Program-made: the position numbers and the translations under genes
Assembly (NCBI GenBank): GCA_022226935.1
Contig: CP092081.1
Location: forward strand, 3,471,547 to 3,535,546
Reading direction: 5' to 3'
DNA length: 64,000 nt
From: Nitrospira sp.
GTDB taxonomy: Bacteria > Nitrospirota > Nitrospiria > Nitrospirales > Nitrospiraceae
Notes under the pieces: model-generated
Told to the model about the DNA's origin: nothing
Seen by the model: the letters and a program-made list of their open reading frames with translations, nothing else
The model's database searches: none
Part shown: positions 1 to 10,224 of the stretch, piece after piece
Position numbering within the stretch: the stretch's first letter is position 1
Layout: every line of letters begins with the position of its first letter

Positions 1-782
1 AATCCCTGGCTCCGATAGACAAATCCAAGATTGTAATGGGCATCGACGAGATCGGCTTTCACCGCAATGGCTTCTTTGAATGCCGCAGCCGCGGCATTCA
101 GGTCATTGCCCCGTTCAGCCAGACGCCCCAGGAGATACCAGGCGTTGGCATGTCCGGGATTGGCTTGGGTAAGACGGGATAAATAGTCGCGCGCCTGCTT
201 GAGATCGCCCTGGCTGTCATACAGACTCGCCAGATGATAGAGCGCCTCAGCGTGGTCCGGCCGCATGCGAAGGAGGGATTGGTACATTTTGACGGCATTC
301 GCGCGGTCATGCCGCTCTTCGTAGAGCCGCGCTAGATCCAAATGCGCTTCTTCATTGCCAGGGGCGATATCCAACACCTGGCGCAGCACCTGCTCCGCGT
401 CGTTCCCCCGCCCCTGGGCCAGATACACGTCGGCAAGATCGTTGAGAATCTCGGCCGACGGCGCACTCAGTTTGAGCGACTGTTTGTACGCTTGAATGGC
501 CTCATCGGGATTGCGCTTGCTTTGAAAATAGACCAGCCCCAGCACATGATACGCCTCAGCCAATTTAGGATTTTGCGCGAGCGCTTTCTTCAGGGCGTCG
601 ATAGCGCCGTCGGCATTGCCTTCACGGAAGAGTGTTACTCCACGCTCATAACTGCGCCGCGCCGTTTCCGACGAGGCGCTTGAAGCGGCGGAGGATTCGG
701 GAGTCCACACAACGAAAAGAGCCACACACAAGAGTGGAACGCTCGTGAGGAGATGACGCGAAGAGCTGGCACTATGCCGCAT
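1..782 (-). CDS. Tetratricopeptide repeat protein with N-terminal signal/TM segment (partial, runs off left edge)
   Basis: Manual translation of the minus strand from ATG at 782: MRHSASSSRHLLTSVPLLCVALFVVW...YERGVTLFREGNADGAIDALKKALAQNPKLAEAYHVLGLVY...AHYNLGFVY. Repeated ~34-aa TPR pattern. No stop in the window, so absent from the ORF track. Confidence 0.85.
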   Translation of the reverse strand, partial: MRHSASSSRHLLTSVPLLCVALFVVWTPESSAASSASSETARRSYERGVTLFREGNADGAIDALKKALAQNPKLAEAYHVLGLVYFQSKRNPDEAIQAYKQSLKLSAPSAEILNDLADVYLAQGRGNDAEQVLRQVLDIAPGNEEAHLDLARLYEERHDRANAVKMYQSLLRMRPDHAEALYHLASLYDSQGDLKQARDYLSRLTQANPGHANAWYLLGRLAERGNDLNAAAAAFKEAIAVKADLVDAHYNLGFVYRSQG

Positions 783-935
783 CGAAATCCGCAATGGAAT
801 CCGTGGGTGACATCGCCGAGAGAGTCGACGAAGTGGTGGGGCCCACTATAGATCTGAGCGCATCCGAAAGCAACGACGAGGCCCGTATCACAGCCGCGCA
901 TCGCAAAGCAGTTGAGACCATCGCCCCTGTTTCGG

Positions 936-964
936 TAGGATTCGATGACGGATTCCTGTATACT
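936..964 (+). promoter_or_regulatory. Possible sigma70-type promoter for secA (TAGGAT-N17-TATACT)
   Basis: TATACT at 959-964 with a weak -35 17 nt upstream, in the divergent TPR/secA gap. Confidence 0.3.
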
Positions 965-1034
965 CCGCCGCCGAGCCCATGCCCGAGAGGCGAGCCTTGC
1001 CCGTGCGGGCTCGTGAGAATGAAGGTACGCCTGC

Positions 1035-3740
1035 ATGCTGACCCAAGTCCTGAACATCATATTCGGCAGTAAAAACGACCGCGAGATCAAGGCGTTGCGT
1101 CCGATTGTCGAGCGGATCAACGGGCTGGAAGCAAGCCTCACCCCCTTGTCCGACCAAGCCCTCGCCGAGAAAACACAAGAATTCAAACATCGTCTCCAGG
1201 ATGGGGAAACGATCGACGACATTCTGCCAGAGGCGTTTGCCGTCTGCCGCGAAATGTCCCGACGCCGGCTCAATATGCGGCACTTCGACGTGCAGCTCAT
1301 CGGCGGCATGATCCTGAACAAGGGCCGGATCGCCGAAATGAAGACCGGTGAAGGCAAGACCCTGGTCGCCACCCTCCCGCTGTATCTCAATGCGCTGGAA
1401 GGGAAGGGCGCCCACCTGGTCACGGTCAACGACTACCTGGCGAAACGCGACGCCTCCTGGATGGCCCAGCTCTACCATGCGCTCGGTCTGACGGTCGGCA
1501 TCATCCAGCACGACGCGTCGTTTCTGTATGATCCGACCTACGAGGCGGCGGACAAACGGCTTCAGCATCTTCGCCCCTGCAGCCGGCATGAAGCCTATCG
1601 TGCGGAAATCACCTACGGCACCAACAACGAATATGGCTTCGACTATCTGCGCGACAATCTGATCGTCAGCGACTTGAGCCAGTGCGTCCAGCGCCCGCTG
1701 CACTTCGCCATCGTGGACGAAGTCGACAGTATCCTCATCGACGAAGCGCGCACGCCCTTGATCATTTCCGGGCCGACGGATCAAACCACGGACCTCTACT
1801 ACCGCATCAATTCGATCATTCCGCAGCTCAAGCCGGAGCACGACTTCACGATCGAAGAAAAGACCAAAACCGCCTCGCTTACGGAAGAAGGCAACGTCCG
1901 CGTGGAGAAACTGCTGGGCGTGGATAACCTCTACGACCTCCAGCACATGGATCTGGTGCACCACGTCGTCAAGGCGCTCCAAGCCTATGCCCTCTACAAG
2001 CGTGATGTGGACTATGTCGTGAAAGACGGCGAAGTCATCATCGTCGACGAGTTTACCGGTCGCTTGATGCCGGGCCGCCGCTGGAGCGACGGGCTGCACC
2101 AGGCTGTAGAAGCCAAAGAAGGCGTCAAGATCGCCAACGAGAACCAGACCCTGGCCTCCGTCACCTTCCAGAACTATTTCCGGATGTATAAGAAACTGGC
2201 AGGCATGACCGGCACCGCCGACACGGAAGCGGGCGAGTTCGCCAAGATCTACAATCTGGACGTCAACGTGGTCCCGACCAACCGGTCCATGATCCGCAAA
2301 GACTACGCCGACGTCGTCTTCCGCACGGAAAAAGAAAAGTTTACGGCCATCGTCGAGGAAATCAAAGACTGCCACGAACGCGGACAACCGGTCCTGGTCG
2401 GCACCATTTCCATCGAAAAATCTGAACGTCTGGCGGGCTACTTAAGCCGCAACGGCATCAAGCACAACGTGTTGAATGCCAAGTTCCACGAGAAAGAAGC
2501 GGAAATCATTGCGCAAGCCGGCCGGAAAGGCGCCGTCACCATCGCCACCAATATGGCCGGCCGCGGAACGGACATTCTCCTAGGCGGCAACGCCGACTTC
2601 CTCTTCAAGCGGATTCTCTATCAAGACGACACGTTGACAGACGCGCGGAAGCAGGAAATTTTCGACGAGATCAAGGCCGATTGCGAGACAGACAAGCAGG
2701 CCGTGGTGGCTGCGGGAGGCTTGCACATCCTCGGGACCGAGCGGCATGAAAGCCGCCGCATCGACAACCAGCTCCGTGGTCGGGCCGGCCGTCAAGGCGA
2801 TCCGGGCTCCTCGCGTTTCTACCTGTCGCTTGAAGACGATCTCATGCGGATCTTCGCCTCCGAACGTGTCTCACAGATGATGCTCAAGCTCGGGATGGAA
2901 GAAGGCGTGCCGATCGAACATGGCATGGTCACGCGCGCCATCGCGAACGCCCAGAAAAAGGTCGAGGCGCATAACTTCGAAGTCCGCAAACAGCTCCTCG
3001 AATACGACGACGTCATGAACAAGCAGCGGGAAGTGATCTACCAGCACCGGCACGCCGTGCTGGCGGGCGAACACATCCAGCAAGACATTCACGACATGAT
3101 GAAGGATCTGGTGAATGCCTTCGTCGAGACCTACTGTCCGGTCGATCAATACCAGGAAGAGTGGGACTACAACGGTCTGGGGGAAGCGCTGCAGGGACAA
3201 TTCGCCATCGACATCACGCAGGGCAAAGGCAACATCGCCGATCACTTCAAGGATGTCGGCCGTGACGCGATGATCGAGGAAATTCAGACCCAGGTCCGGA
3301 AGGCCTACGATCACAAAGAGCAGGAACTCGGCTCTGAGCTCATGCGCTACCTGGAAAAGATGCTGCTGCTTCAAGTGATCGACCACCACTGGAAAGATCA
3401 CCTGTTGGGCATGGATCATTTGCGGGACGGCATCGGCCTGCGCGGTTACGGACAGAAAGATCCGCTGATCGAGTACAAGCGCGAAGGGTTCGACATGTTC
3501 TCCTCCATGATGGAGCGTATTAAGTCCGATGTGCTGGAGCGCATGTTCCGCGTGCAAGCCGTGCGGGGCGAACAACCGCCTCCCCCTGCACCTGAACCGA
3601 TCCCACCGCCACGCATGGTCCTTAACCGCAGCGACGAACCGGCGACGCAGACCGCCCAAAGCCAGGGCGACAAGACCGGCCGCAACGATCCCTGCCCCTG
3701 TGGCTCGGGCAAGAAATACAAAAAGTGCCACGGGGCGTGA
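1035..3740 (+). CDS. secA: Preprotein translocase ATPase subunit SecA
   Basis: 901 aa with MKTGEGKT Walker [31 protein letters not shown] and the C-terminal SEC-C motif [18 protein letters not shown]. Confidence 0.99.
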   Translation: MLTQVLNIIFGSKNDREIKALRPIVERINGLEASLTPLSDQALAEKTQEFKHRLQDGETIDDILPEAFAVCREMSRRRLNMRHFDVQLIGGMILNKGRIAEMKTGEGKTLVATLPLYLNALEGKGAHLVTVNDYLAKRDASWMAQLYHALGLTVGIIQHDASFLYDPTYEAADKRLQHLRPCSRHEAYRAEITYGTNNEYGFDYLRDNLIVSDLSQCVQRPLHFAIVDEVDSILIDEARTPLIISGPTDQTTDLYYRINSIIPQLKPEHDFTIEEKTKTASLTEEGNVRVEKLLGVDNLYDLQHMDLVHHVVKALQAYALYKRDVDYVVKDGEVIIVDEFTGRLMPGRRWSDGLHQAVEAKEGVKIANENQTLASVTFQNYFRMYKKLAGMTGTADTEAGEFAKIYNLDVNVVPTNRSMIRKDYADVVFRTEKEKFTAIVEEIKDCHERGQPVLVGTISIEKSERLAGYLSRNGIKHNVLNAKFHEKEAEIIAQAGRKGAVTIATNMAGRGTDILLGGNADFLFKRILYQDDTLTDARKQEIFDEIKADCETDKQAVVAAGGLHILGTERHESRRIDNQLRGRAGRQGDPGSSRFYLSLEDDLMRIFASERVSQMMLKLGMEEGVPIEHGMVTRAIANAQKKVEAHNFEVRKQLLEYDDVMNKQREVIYQHRHAVLAGEHIQQDIHDMMKDLVNAFVETYCPVDQYQEEWDYNGLGEALQGQFAIDITQGKGNIADHFKDVGRDAMIEEIQTQVRKAYDHKEQELGSELMRYLEKMLLLQVIDHHWKDHLLGMDHLRDGIGLRGYGQKDPLIEYKREGFDMFSSMMERIKSDVLERMFRVQAVRGEQPPPPAPEPIPPPRMVLNRSDEPATQTAQSQGDKTGRNDPCPCGSGKKYKKCHGA

Positions 3741-3994
3741 GGAACCGAGTGGCCAGTGCGCCCGACGCTGAAGCGTGGCTCCAACAGAACTTCGAACAAT
3801 GCGCGCTGCTCGTCAAGCAGCATGTCGCGCTTTCGCTCTGCCGGTTCTCGAACTTCCGCCACTCGTGTCACCAGACCAGCTCGCCCCATCTAAATAAATG
3901 AGCACCGATTCGCCGCTTGCTTTTCCGAGAATCGCAATAGGCGGGAAAGGAACTTCAATGGTCTCCCGATATTGCCTGGTTCTCTTCATTTGGA

Positions 3995-4084
3995 GGTAGA
4001 TCAGGCGGCCTCCAACTGCGCGCGTCGAACGAGAGCCTTCCGAGGCCGCGCGTTCCGCGAGCAAAGGAGGCCACCTGATCTACC
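3995..4084 (-). repeat. Structured intergenic repeat, copy A (conserved core with 19-bp inverted arms)
   Basis: Arms GGTAGATCAGGCGGCCTCC and GGAGGCCACCTGATCTACC are complementary at 18/19 positions. Reverse complement of 4009-4070 matches 5821-5882 at 59/62 positions. Confidence 0.85.
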
Positions 4085-4098
4085 GAGGGTCTTTTGCC

Positions 4099-4128
4099 TT
4101 GACTTGCCGCTGAGGCAGCGGCTAATCT
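4099..4128 (+). promoter_or_regulatory. Putative sigma70 promoter for the methyltransferase-nuo operon
   Basis: TTGACT (4099-4104), 18-nt spacer, TAATCT (4123-4128). The spacer contains the inverted repeat GCCGCTG-AGG-CAGCGGC. Confidence 0.5.
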
Positions 4129-4222
4129 AACCCCCTCTTTTCCCTAGAGAATCCGGTAGAAGAGCGGTTTCTTGCGATGGCGCCTGAAACGGCCGTCGAC
4201 TACCGACAAGGGTGGTGTCACT

Positions 4223-5395
4223 TTGAGCACTGGGCATCCACAACTCCTGGCGGAAATCAGGGCTGAAATCGCGGCGGCGGGACCTATTCCCTTCGCCCGT
4301 TTCATGGAGCTGGCCCTGTATCATCCGCAATACGGCTATTACGTTCGTCCTGTCGAAGATCCGACACAGGAACGTATCGGATGGTCGGGTGATTTCTATA
4401 CGAGTTCCGATGTGCATTCGATTCTCGGCCAGGCGCTGGCTAAACAAGCGCAGCAACTCGATGCCTGCCTCGGACACCCAGATCCGTTCACCGTCGTGGA
4501 GATGGGGCCGGGCAAAGGATTGCTGGCTCGTGATTTTCTCACCGCCTGCCAGCACGCTCCCGGCAATCTGAGCGAACGCCTCCGTTACATCCTGATTGAA
4601 CGCAGCGCCTCGATGCGCGCCCTCCAGCATCAGCATCTCGCGCCATGGATCGGCCGAGCCGGTCACGTGGCCTGGCTTGATCGCCTGGAAGATCTCCCGC
4701 CGGGCAGTGTCACCGGCCTCTTCTTTTCCAACGAATTGGTGGATGCCTTCCCAGTGCATCGCCTGGTGGTGGATGGTCGTCCACAAGAAATCTACGTGGA
4801 TGTGCGCGACGAAGGCTTCACGGAAATCCATCGTCCCCTTTCGAACGAGCTGTCGGCCTATTTACGAGACGGTGGCATCAGCCTGCCTGACGGATATCGA
4901 ACCGAAATCAATCTCAAGGCCATCCAATGGATGAAACAGGTGGCGCAGGCGATGGCGCGCGGCCTGGTGATGACCATCGACTACGGCCACACGGCCGAGG
5001 ACCTCTACGGCCCTGAGCGCAAGAACGGCACCTTTCTTTGTTACTACAGTCAGACCACTTCAGAAGACGCCTACGAACGGGTCGGCGAGCAAGACATGAC
5101 GGCCCATGTCGACTTCACCGCCCTGGCGCAGGCGGGCCAGGCGGCCGGCCTCGAGCTGACCGGCTTTACGAATCAAATGAGTTTTCTGATCGGCCTGGGC
5201 GCCGAACAGTTCCTGGAGTCGCTACAGCCGGAATCGGCCGAGTTTTATGCCGCGATCCATCTCCTGCGACCGGAGGGAATGGGGCGAACGTTTAAAGTGC
5301 TGGTGCAGCATACGGGCATGGACAAGCCCGAACTGGATGGCTTGAGGTTCAAGCCATTCTTCGGATCGATTTTGGCGGCTCGCTCCGCCGCATAA
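4223..5395 (+). CDS. Class I SAM-dependent methyltransferase, MidA/NDUFAF7 (DUF185) family
   Basis: GPIPFARFMELALYHPQYGYY, GDFYTS, VEMGPGKG, FFSNELVDAFPVH, IDYG and QDMTAHVDF are typical MidA motifs. TTG start at 4223 chosen for its upstream SD-like GGTGG. The ORF track starts at 4172. Confidence 0.9.
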   Translation: MSTGHPQLLAEIRAEIAAAGPIPFARFMELALYHPQYGYYVRPVEDPTQERIGWSGDFYTSSDVHSILGQALAKQAQQLDACLGHPDPFTVVEMGPGKGLLARDFLTACQHAPGNLSERLRYILIERSASMRALQHQHLAPWIGRAGHVAWLDRLEDLPPGSVTGLFFSNELVDAFPVHRLVVDGRPQEIYVDVRDEGFTEIHRPLSNELSAYLRDGGISLPDGYRTEINLKAIQWMKQVAQAMARGLVMTIDYGHTAEDLYGPERKNGTFLCYYSQTTSEDAYERVGEQDMTAHVDFTALAQAGQAAGLELTGFTNQMSFLIGLGAEQFLESLQPESAEFYAAIHLLRPEGMGRTFKVLVQHTGMDKPELDGLRFKPFFGSILAARSAA

Positions 5396-5418
5396 CAGTC
5401 ATACGTCCTGGACGAACC

Positions 5419-5790
5419 ATGGGTAACGAAGCCGCACCGCTGAATTACATCCCGATCCTGATTTTTATCGTGATCGCATTTGCGTTCGGAGCGGTGCAGA
5501 TTCTGGTGGGCCGTATCGTGCGGCCGAGCCGGCCCTATCGCGCCAAACTCGCGCCCTATGAAAGCGGCAGCCCGTTGTTTTCGGACGCGAAAGTGCAGTT
5601 CCCAATTCGCTATTACATCATCGCGATGCTGTTCGTGATCTTTGATATCGAAATCGTGTTCATGTTTCCCTGGGCCGTGGCATTCAAGAAACTGGGGTTG
5701 GTAGGGTTAGTGGAGATGGTGGTGTTTATCGGCATCCTGATCGTCGGGTTCTGGTATGCGTGGAAAAAAGGGGCACTCGAATGGGATTGA
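5419..5790 (+). CDS. nuoA: NADH-quinone oxidoreductase subunit A
   Basis: 123 aa, 3 TM segments, YESG, YYIIAMLFVIFDIE, KKGALEW. Confidence 0.97.
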   Translation: MGNEAAPLNYIPILIFIVIAFAFGAVQILVGRIVRPSRPYRAKLAPYESGSPLFSDAKVQFPIRYYIIAMLFVIFDIEIVFMFPWAVAFKKLGLVGLVEMVVFIGILIVGFWYAWKKGALEWD

Positions 5791-5803
5791 GTAGCGGGGC
5801 TAT

Positions 5804-5899
5804 GATGAGCGACCTTGCCCCCTCCGTTGCTCGCGGAACACGCGGCCTCGGAAGGCTCTCGTTCGACGCGCGCAGTCGGAGGCGACCAGGCCACCCATC
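5804..5899 (+). repeat. Structured intergenic repeat, copy B (between nuoA and nuoB)
   Basis: Same core as 4009-4070. Flanks GATGAGCGACCTTGCCCCCTCC and GGAGGCGACCAGGCCACCCATC are imperfectly complementary. Confidence 0.85.
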
Positions 5900-5932
5900 C
5901 TCCTTCTCGCTAAAAAGAAACGTGAGGGAACG

Positions 5933-6412
5933 ATGAGTTTTTTAGAACGGCAGCTGGATGCGAATATTCTGACGACGAATCTCGATGCCTTCGTCGGCTG
6001 GGCGCGCAAATCGTCCCTGTGGCCCATGACCTTCGGGTTGGCCTGCTGCGCCATCGAAATGATCGCCAGCGTGTCCTCGCGCTATGACATCGATCGGTTC
6101 GGCGCCGGCGTGTTCCGCGCCTCGCCCCGCCAATCGGATCTCATGATCGTGGCCGGCACGGTATCCCGGAAGATGGCGCCCGTCATTCGCCGTATTTACG
6201 ACCAGATGGCCGAGCCGCGCTACGTCATTTCCATGGGGTCCTGCGCGACCTCCGGCAACCACTACAACAGTTATGCCGTCGTACAGGGCGTCGACCAGAT
6301 CGTTCCGGTCGATGTGTATATCGCCGGCTGCCCGCCTCGTCCGGAGGCCTTGATCGACGGGCTCTTGAAATTGCAGCAAAAGATTCAACGCGAAAAGATT
6401 TTCGTCAAGTAA
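5933..6412 (+). CDS. nuoB: NADH-quinone oxidoreductase subunit B
   Basis: [25 protein letters not shown] and IAGCPPRPE (N2 cluster ligands). Confidence 0.98.
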   Translation: MSFLERQLDANILTTNLDAFVGWARKSSLWPMTFGLACCAIEMIASVSSRYDIDRFGAGVFRASPRQSDLMIVAGTVSRKMAPVIRRIYDQMAEPRYVISMGSCATSGNHYNSYAVVQGVDQIVPVDVYIAGCPPRPEALIDGLLKLQQKIQREKIFVK

Positions 6413-6427
6413 CAGACTCGTCTCACC

Positions 6428-8182
6428 ATGCAACCGCTGCTTGAACGACTCATGACCACCTTTCCCGACGCTGTCCGCGGCGTGGAGGTGGATGCCGCCC
6501 GGAACGAAATAACGGCGCGGGTATCCGCCGCGCGTATCGTCGACGTCGCGCGCTGGCTGCATGACACGCCCGAAGCCGCGTTCGATCACATCACCGATAT
6601 TTGCTCCGTCGATTATCCGAACGATACGGAACGGTTTGAGGTCATTTATCAGCTGTTGTCGCTCCCGCATCGGCGGCGCATCAGACTCAAAGCGCGCCTC
6701 AGCGAGGAACATCCGGAAATCGCCTCCGTGACCGGCATTTGGAAGGGCGCGGATTTCATGGAGCGCGAAGTCTACGACCTGATGGGGATCACCTTCGTCG
6801 GGCACCCGGATCTCCGGCGCATTCTGCTGCCGGAAGACTATGGAGAAGGCCATCCCCTGCGGAAAGACTTTCCCGCTGAAGGGCGAGGCTGGCGCAGCGA
6901 GTTTCCATTCATCCCCCGATTGGATGAAGCACCTGAAGAACAATCGGCGGAAGGTGAAATCCCCGAATCGGAAAAGCAGGCCTTTCGGGCAGCCGAACAG
7001 CCGAGCGGCACGAGGCGGCGGGAAGAACTCCTGCTCAACATGGGGCCCCAACATCCCAGCACGCACGGGGTGCTCCGGGTGGTGCTGGAATTGGACGGCG
7101 AACGCATCGTCAAAGCCACCCCTGATCTCGGCTATCTCCATCGTGGCGTCGAAAAGCTGGCAGAAGGCCTTCATTACATGCAGGTCATCCCCCATACCGA
7201 CCGGCTCGACTACGTCTGCGCGATGACGAATAACTACGCCTATGTGCGCGCCGTGGAAAAACTGCTCGACATCACCGTGCCGGAACGGGCGGAGTACATC
7301 CGCACCATCGTCGCCGAGATGCAGCGCATCATCGGCCACCTGTTCTGGCTCGGCACCCAGGCGCTGGACATCGGCGCCATGACCGTCTTTTTCTGGACGT
7401 TTCGCGAACGCGAAATCCTCCTCGACATGTTCGAAAAGCTGTGCGGCGCGCGTCTGACGCTGAATTACTACCGCATCGGTGGAGTCGACAGCGATTTCAC
7501 ACCCGATCTGGTTACGCGCTTGAAGGCCTTCCTGCACACGTTTCCGGACAAGGTCAATGAATACAATCAACTGCTGATGTCCAACCGCATCTGGGTCGGG
7601 CGAACAAAGGACATTGCGGTGATCTCAGCTGAAGATGCCATCAATTTCGGCCTCACCGGCCCGACGCTCCGCGGATCCGGCGTCGATTACGACATCCGCA
7701 AATATGAACCCTACGGCGCTTATGACAAGGTCGAATGGGAAGTGCCAGTCGGCAAGCGCGGCGACACGTACGATCGTTACTGGGTCCGCATGGAAGAAAT
7801 GCGGCAAAGCGCCCGGATCATCGCCCAGTGCCTCGACCAGATGCCGGAAGGCTCAATCATGGCCGATGTGCCGCATGTGATTCCTCCGCCCAAGGCGAAG
7901 GTCATGCGCGACATGGAGAGCTTGATTCACCACTTTATTATTTTCACCCAAGGCTTCAAGCCGCCGAAAGGCGAAACCTATTGCGGCACCGAAGTCCCGA
8001 AAGGCGAGCTCGGGTTTTTCATCGTCAGTGACGGCAGCCCTCGCCCCTATCGGCTCAAGATTCGCGCCCCCTCCTTCATTCATATGGGGGCATTCGACCA
8101 TATGGCGCGCGGGTATCTGATTTCAGACATCATCACGATCTTCGGCACCTACGACATCGTGATGGGGGAATGTGATCGATGA
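6428..8182 (+). CDS. nuoCD: Fused NADH-quinone oxidoreductase subunit C/D
   Basis: N-terminal NuoC (EREVYDLMGITFVGHPDLRRI, GHPLRKDFP) fused to NuoD (NMGPQHPSTHGVLR, GYLHRGVEK, DIVMGECDR). Confidence 0.97.
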   Translation: MQPLLERLMTTFPDAVRGVEVDAARNEITARVSAARIVDVARWLHDTPEAAFDHITDICSVDYPNDTERFEVIYQLLSLPHRRRIRLKARLSEEHPEIASVTGIWKGADFMEREVYDLMGITFVGHPDLRRILLPEDYGEGHPLRKDFPAEGRGWRSEFPFIPRLDEAPEEQSAEGEIPESEKQAFRAAEQPSGTRRREELLLNMGPQHPSTHGVLRVVLELDGERIVKATPDLGYLHRGVEKLAEGLHYMQVIPHTDRLDYVCAMTNNYAYVRAVEKLLDITVPERAEYIRTIVAEMQRIIGHLFWLGTQALDIGAMTVFFWTFREREILLDMFEKLCGARLTLNYYRIGGVDSDFTPDLVTRLKAFLHTFPDKVNEYNQLLMSNRIWVGRTKDIAVISAEDAINFGLTGPTLRGSGVDYDIRKYEPYGAYDKVEWEVPVGKRGDTYDRYWVRMEEMRQSARIIAQCLDQMPEGSIMADVPHVIPPPKAKVMRDMESLIHHFIIFTQGFKPPKGETYCGTEVPKGELGFFIVSDGSPRPYRLKIRAPSFIHMGAFDHMARGYLISDIITIFGTYDIVMGECDR

Positions 8183-8285
8183 GGTTCATGAGCCATGATG
8201 TCCGCAGTGCTCGCGGAACGCGCGCCCTCGGAAGGGCCTCGTCCCACGCGCGCACGTAGGGACACCATGGCTCACGCCCTCATCG
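8177..8285 (+). repeat. Structured intergenic repeat, copy C (overlaps the nuoCD stop)
   Basis: Core TGCTCGCGGAACGCGCGCCCTCGGAAGGGCCTCGTCCCACGCGCGCA with different but complementary arms (CGATGAGG..ATGAGCCATGATGTCC / GGACACCATGGCTCAC..CCTCATCG). Confidence 0.85.
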
Positions 8286-8295
8286 TTTTGAGGCA

Positions 8296-8841
8296 ATGGG
8301 AACTATGCTGAAGGAAAAACATCAGGCGGAGATCGACGATATTCTGAGCCGTTATCCGGTGAAGCGGTCGGCACTCCTGCCGCTGCTCTACATGGCGCAG
8401 CGCGAAGAGGGCTATGTCACCGAAGCCGCCATGCAGGAAATTGCGGGCATCTTGAAGCTGACCCCGCCGCAGGTGTATGAGACGGCCACGTTTTACACGA
8501 TGCTGAACCTGAAGCCGGTGGGCAAGTTCCATCTACAGGTCTGCAAATCGTTGATGTGTGCCTTGGTGGGCTCGGATACGGTCATCGGGTGGATCGGCAC
8601 GAAGCTGGGTATCAAGCCGGGTGAAACGACCCCCGACAAACTGTTCACCCTCAGCATCGTCGAATGCCTGGCCGCGTGCGGAACCGGCCCGATGATGCAG
8701 GTGAATGACGATTATTACGAGCGATTGACGGAAGATAAGCTGGATCGCATCCTGGCGGATTTACGGCAGACGGGCACCTCCTCGCTGAAGACCGGCCCAT
8801 TCATGTGGCCGGAACCGGCCCATGCCGTGAAGGGTGCGTAA
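8296..8841 (+). CDS. nuoE: NADH-quinone oxidoreductase subunit E
   Basis: VCKSLMC...ECLAACGTGP 2Fe-2S ligands and the ATFYTM motif. Confidence 0.96.
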   Translation: MGTMLKEKHQAEIDDILSRYPVKRSALLPLLYMAQREEGYVTEAAMQEIAGILKLTPPQVYETATFYTMLNLKPVGKFHLQVCKSLMCALVGSDTVIGWIGTKLGIKPGETTPDKLFTLSIVECLAACGTGPMMQVNDDYYERLTEDKLDRILADLRQTGTSSLKTGPFMWPEPAHAVKGA

Positions 8842-8878
8842 CACATGAGCCGGCACAACAGGAAACCCAGATTCAACC

Positions 8879-8906
8879 TTTCACGTGTCACCTGTTCCGT
8901 TTCACG
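8879..8906 (+). repeat. Heptamer tandem array (TTTCACG-like x4)
   Basis: TTTCACG TGTCACC TGTTCCG TTTCACG immediately upstream of nuoF. Confidence 0.6.
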
Positions 8907-8914
8907 CTGAAGCT

Positions 8915-10222
8915 ATGAAGACGTACGAACCGATTCTGCTCAAGAACATGATGCAACCCGGGTATGCCGGCTCGCTGCCGGAATATGAGCGCGCGGGCGG
9001 ATACCAGGCATTGCGAAAAATGCTGGGGAAAGTTACTCCCGCAGAAGTGACCGGCGTGGTGATGAAGTCCGGCTTGCGCGGACGCGGCGGAGCCGGATTC
9101 CCGACCGGGGTGAAATGGGGTTTCTTGCCCAAAGATTATCAGGGGCCCCGTTACCTCTGTTGCAATGCCGACGAGAGCGAGCCGGGCACGTTCAAGGATC
9201 GCCAACTGATCGAGCGTGACCCGCATCAACTGCTCGAAGGCATGTTGCTCGCTTGCTACGCCATCGGCGCAGCCAGTTCGTATATTTATATTCGCGGTGA
9301 GTTTGTCCTGGGAGCCAAGATTCTCGAAGCCGCCATCAAGGAAGCGCGCGCCGCAGGGTATGTCGGCAAGAATATCCTCGGCACCGGTGTTTCGATCGAC
9401 ATCTGGGTCCATCGGGGAGCCGGCGCGTATATCTGCGGTGAAGAGACGGCATTACTGGAATCACTGGAAGGGAAACGCGGTCTTCCTCGCGTCAAGCCGC
9501 CGTTCCCGGCCACGCACGGCCTCTACAATAAACCGACCGTCGTAAATAACGTTGAGACCCTCGCCAACCTACCGCATATCATGAATCGTGGAGCCGAATG
9601 GTTCGCCTCCATCGGATCCCCGCCGAAAAGCACCGGCACGCGAGTCTTTTGCGTGAGCGGTCATGTGGCGCGGCCCGGCAACTACGAAGTCCCGATGGGC
9701 ATTACCTTTCGCGAGTTGATCTACGAGCTGGCCGGCGGCATGCGGTCGGACAAGAAACTCAAGGCGTTTATTCCAGGCGGCGCCTCTGCGCCCTTTCTGA
9801 CACCCGACCACCTCGACGTCAAATTGGATTTCGAATCGGTGGCGCTGGCCGGGTCAATGCTGGGGTCGGGCGGCGTGACGGTCATGGAAGAGGGCACCGA
9901 TATGGTGTGGGCTGCCCTGCGGCTGATGGAATTTTTCTACCATGAGTCCTGCGGCAAGTGCAGTCCCTGCCGGGAAGGCAGTTCCTGGCTCGTGCAGATC
10001 ATGCGCCGAATCGTCAACAAACGCGGACAGATGGCAGACCTTGAAACCCTGACCGACCTGTGCAAAAACATCGCCGGGCGGACGGTCTGCGCATTCGGCG
10101 ACGCCGAAGTGTCTCCAATTTTGAGCACGCTCAAACATTGGCGCCACGAATATGTCACGTTGATACACGCGGCCGAGGCCGCCAACTTGATCCGGCCGGA
10201 ACCGGCAGGAGCGAAACATTGA
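8915..10222 (+). CDS. nuoF: NADH-quinone oxidoreductase subunit F
   Basis: SGLRGRGGAGFPTG, CNADESEPGTFKDR, GAGAYICGEETALLESLEG and ESCGKCSPCREG. ATG 8915 preferred over GTG 8885, which lies in the heptamer array. Confidence 0.97.
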   Translation: MKTYEPILLKNMMQPGYAGSLPEYERAGGYQALRKMLGKVTPAEVTGVVMKSGLRGRGGAGFPTGVKWGFLPKDYQGPRYLCCNADESEPGTFKDRQLIERDPHQLLEGMLLACYAIGAASSYIYIRGEFVLGAKILEAAIKEARAAGYVGKNILGTGVSIDIWVHRGAGAYICGEETALLESLEGKRGLPRVKPPFPATHGLYNKPTVVNNVETLANLPHIMNRGAEWFASIGSPPKSTGTRVFCVSGHVARPGNYEVPMGITFRELIYELAGGMRSDKKLKAFIPGGASAPFLTPDHLDVKLDFESVALAGSMLGSGGVTVMEEGTDMVWAALRLMEFFYHESCGKCSPCREGSSWLVQIMRRIVNKRGQMADLETLTDLCKNIAGRTVCAFGDAEVSPILSTLKHWRHEYVTLIHAAEAANLIRPEPAGAKH

Positions 10223-10224
10223 CG

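Noticed and set aside
794-1072. 92-aa ORF with CPRGEPCPCG resembling a SEC-C motif upstream of secA
   Set aside because: It starts 12 nt from the divergent TPR start, covers the likely promoter, overlaps secA out of frame, has no SD and lacks the final Cys/His ligands. Probably chance.
3866-3885. Short match GTGTCACCAGACC shared with 21720-21732
   Set aside because: 13 nt only, and the second copy is coding sequence of the protease CBS domain. Compatible with chance.
3749-3989. Small ORFs after secA (plus-strand MASAPDAEAW..., 50 aa; minus-strand MKRTRQYRE...)
   Set aside because: No recognisable motif. The two candidates conflict, and the track's longer version starts inside the repeat element.
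888-7570. Long antisense ORFs (888-2387, 2871-3731, 5942-7570; similar ones at 12965-14641 and 57242-58087)
   Set aside because: Shadow frames opposite well-supported genes, expected from high-GC codon bias, with no recognisable motifs.
3995-8285. Repeat copies as a CRISPR array or integron attC sites
   Set aside because: The copies are kilobases apart, separated by core genes and in both orientations. There are no cas or integrase genes and no attC RYYYAAC/GTTRRRY ends.
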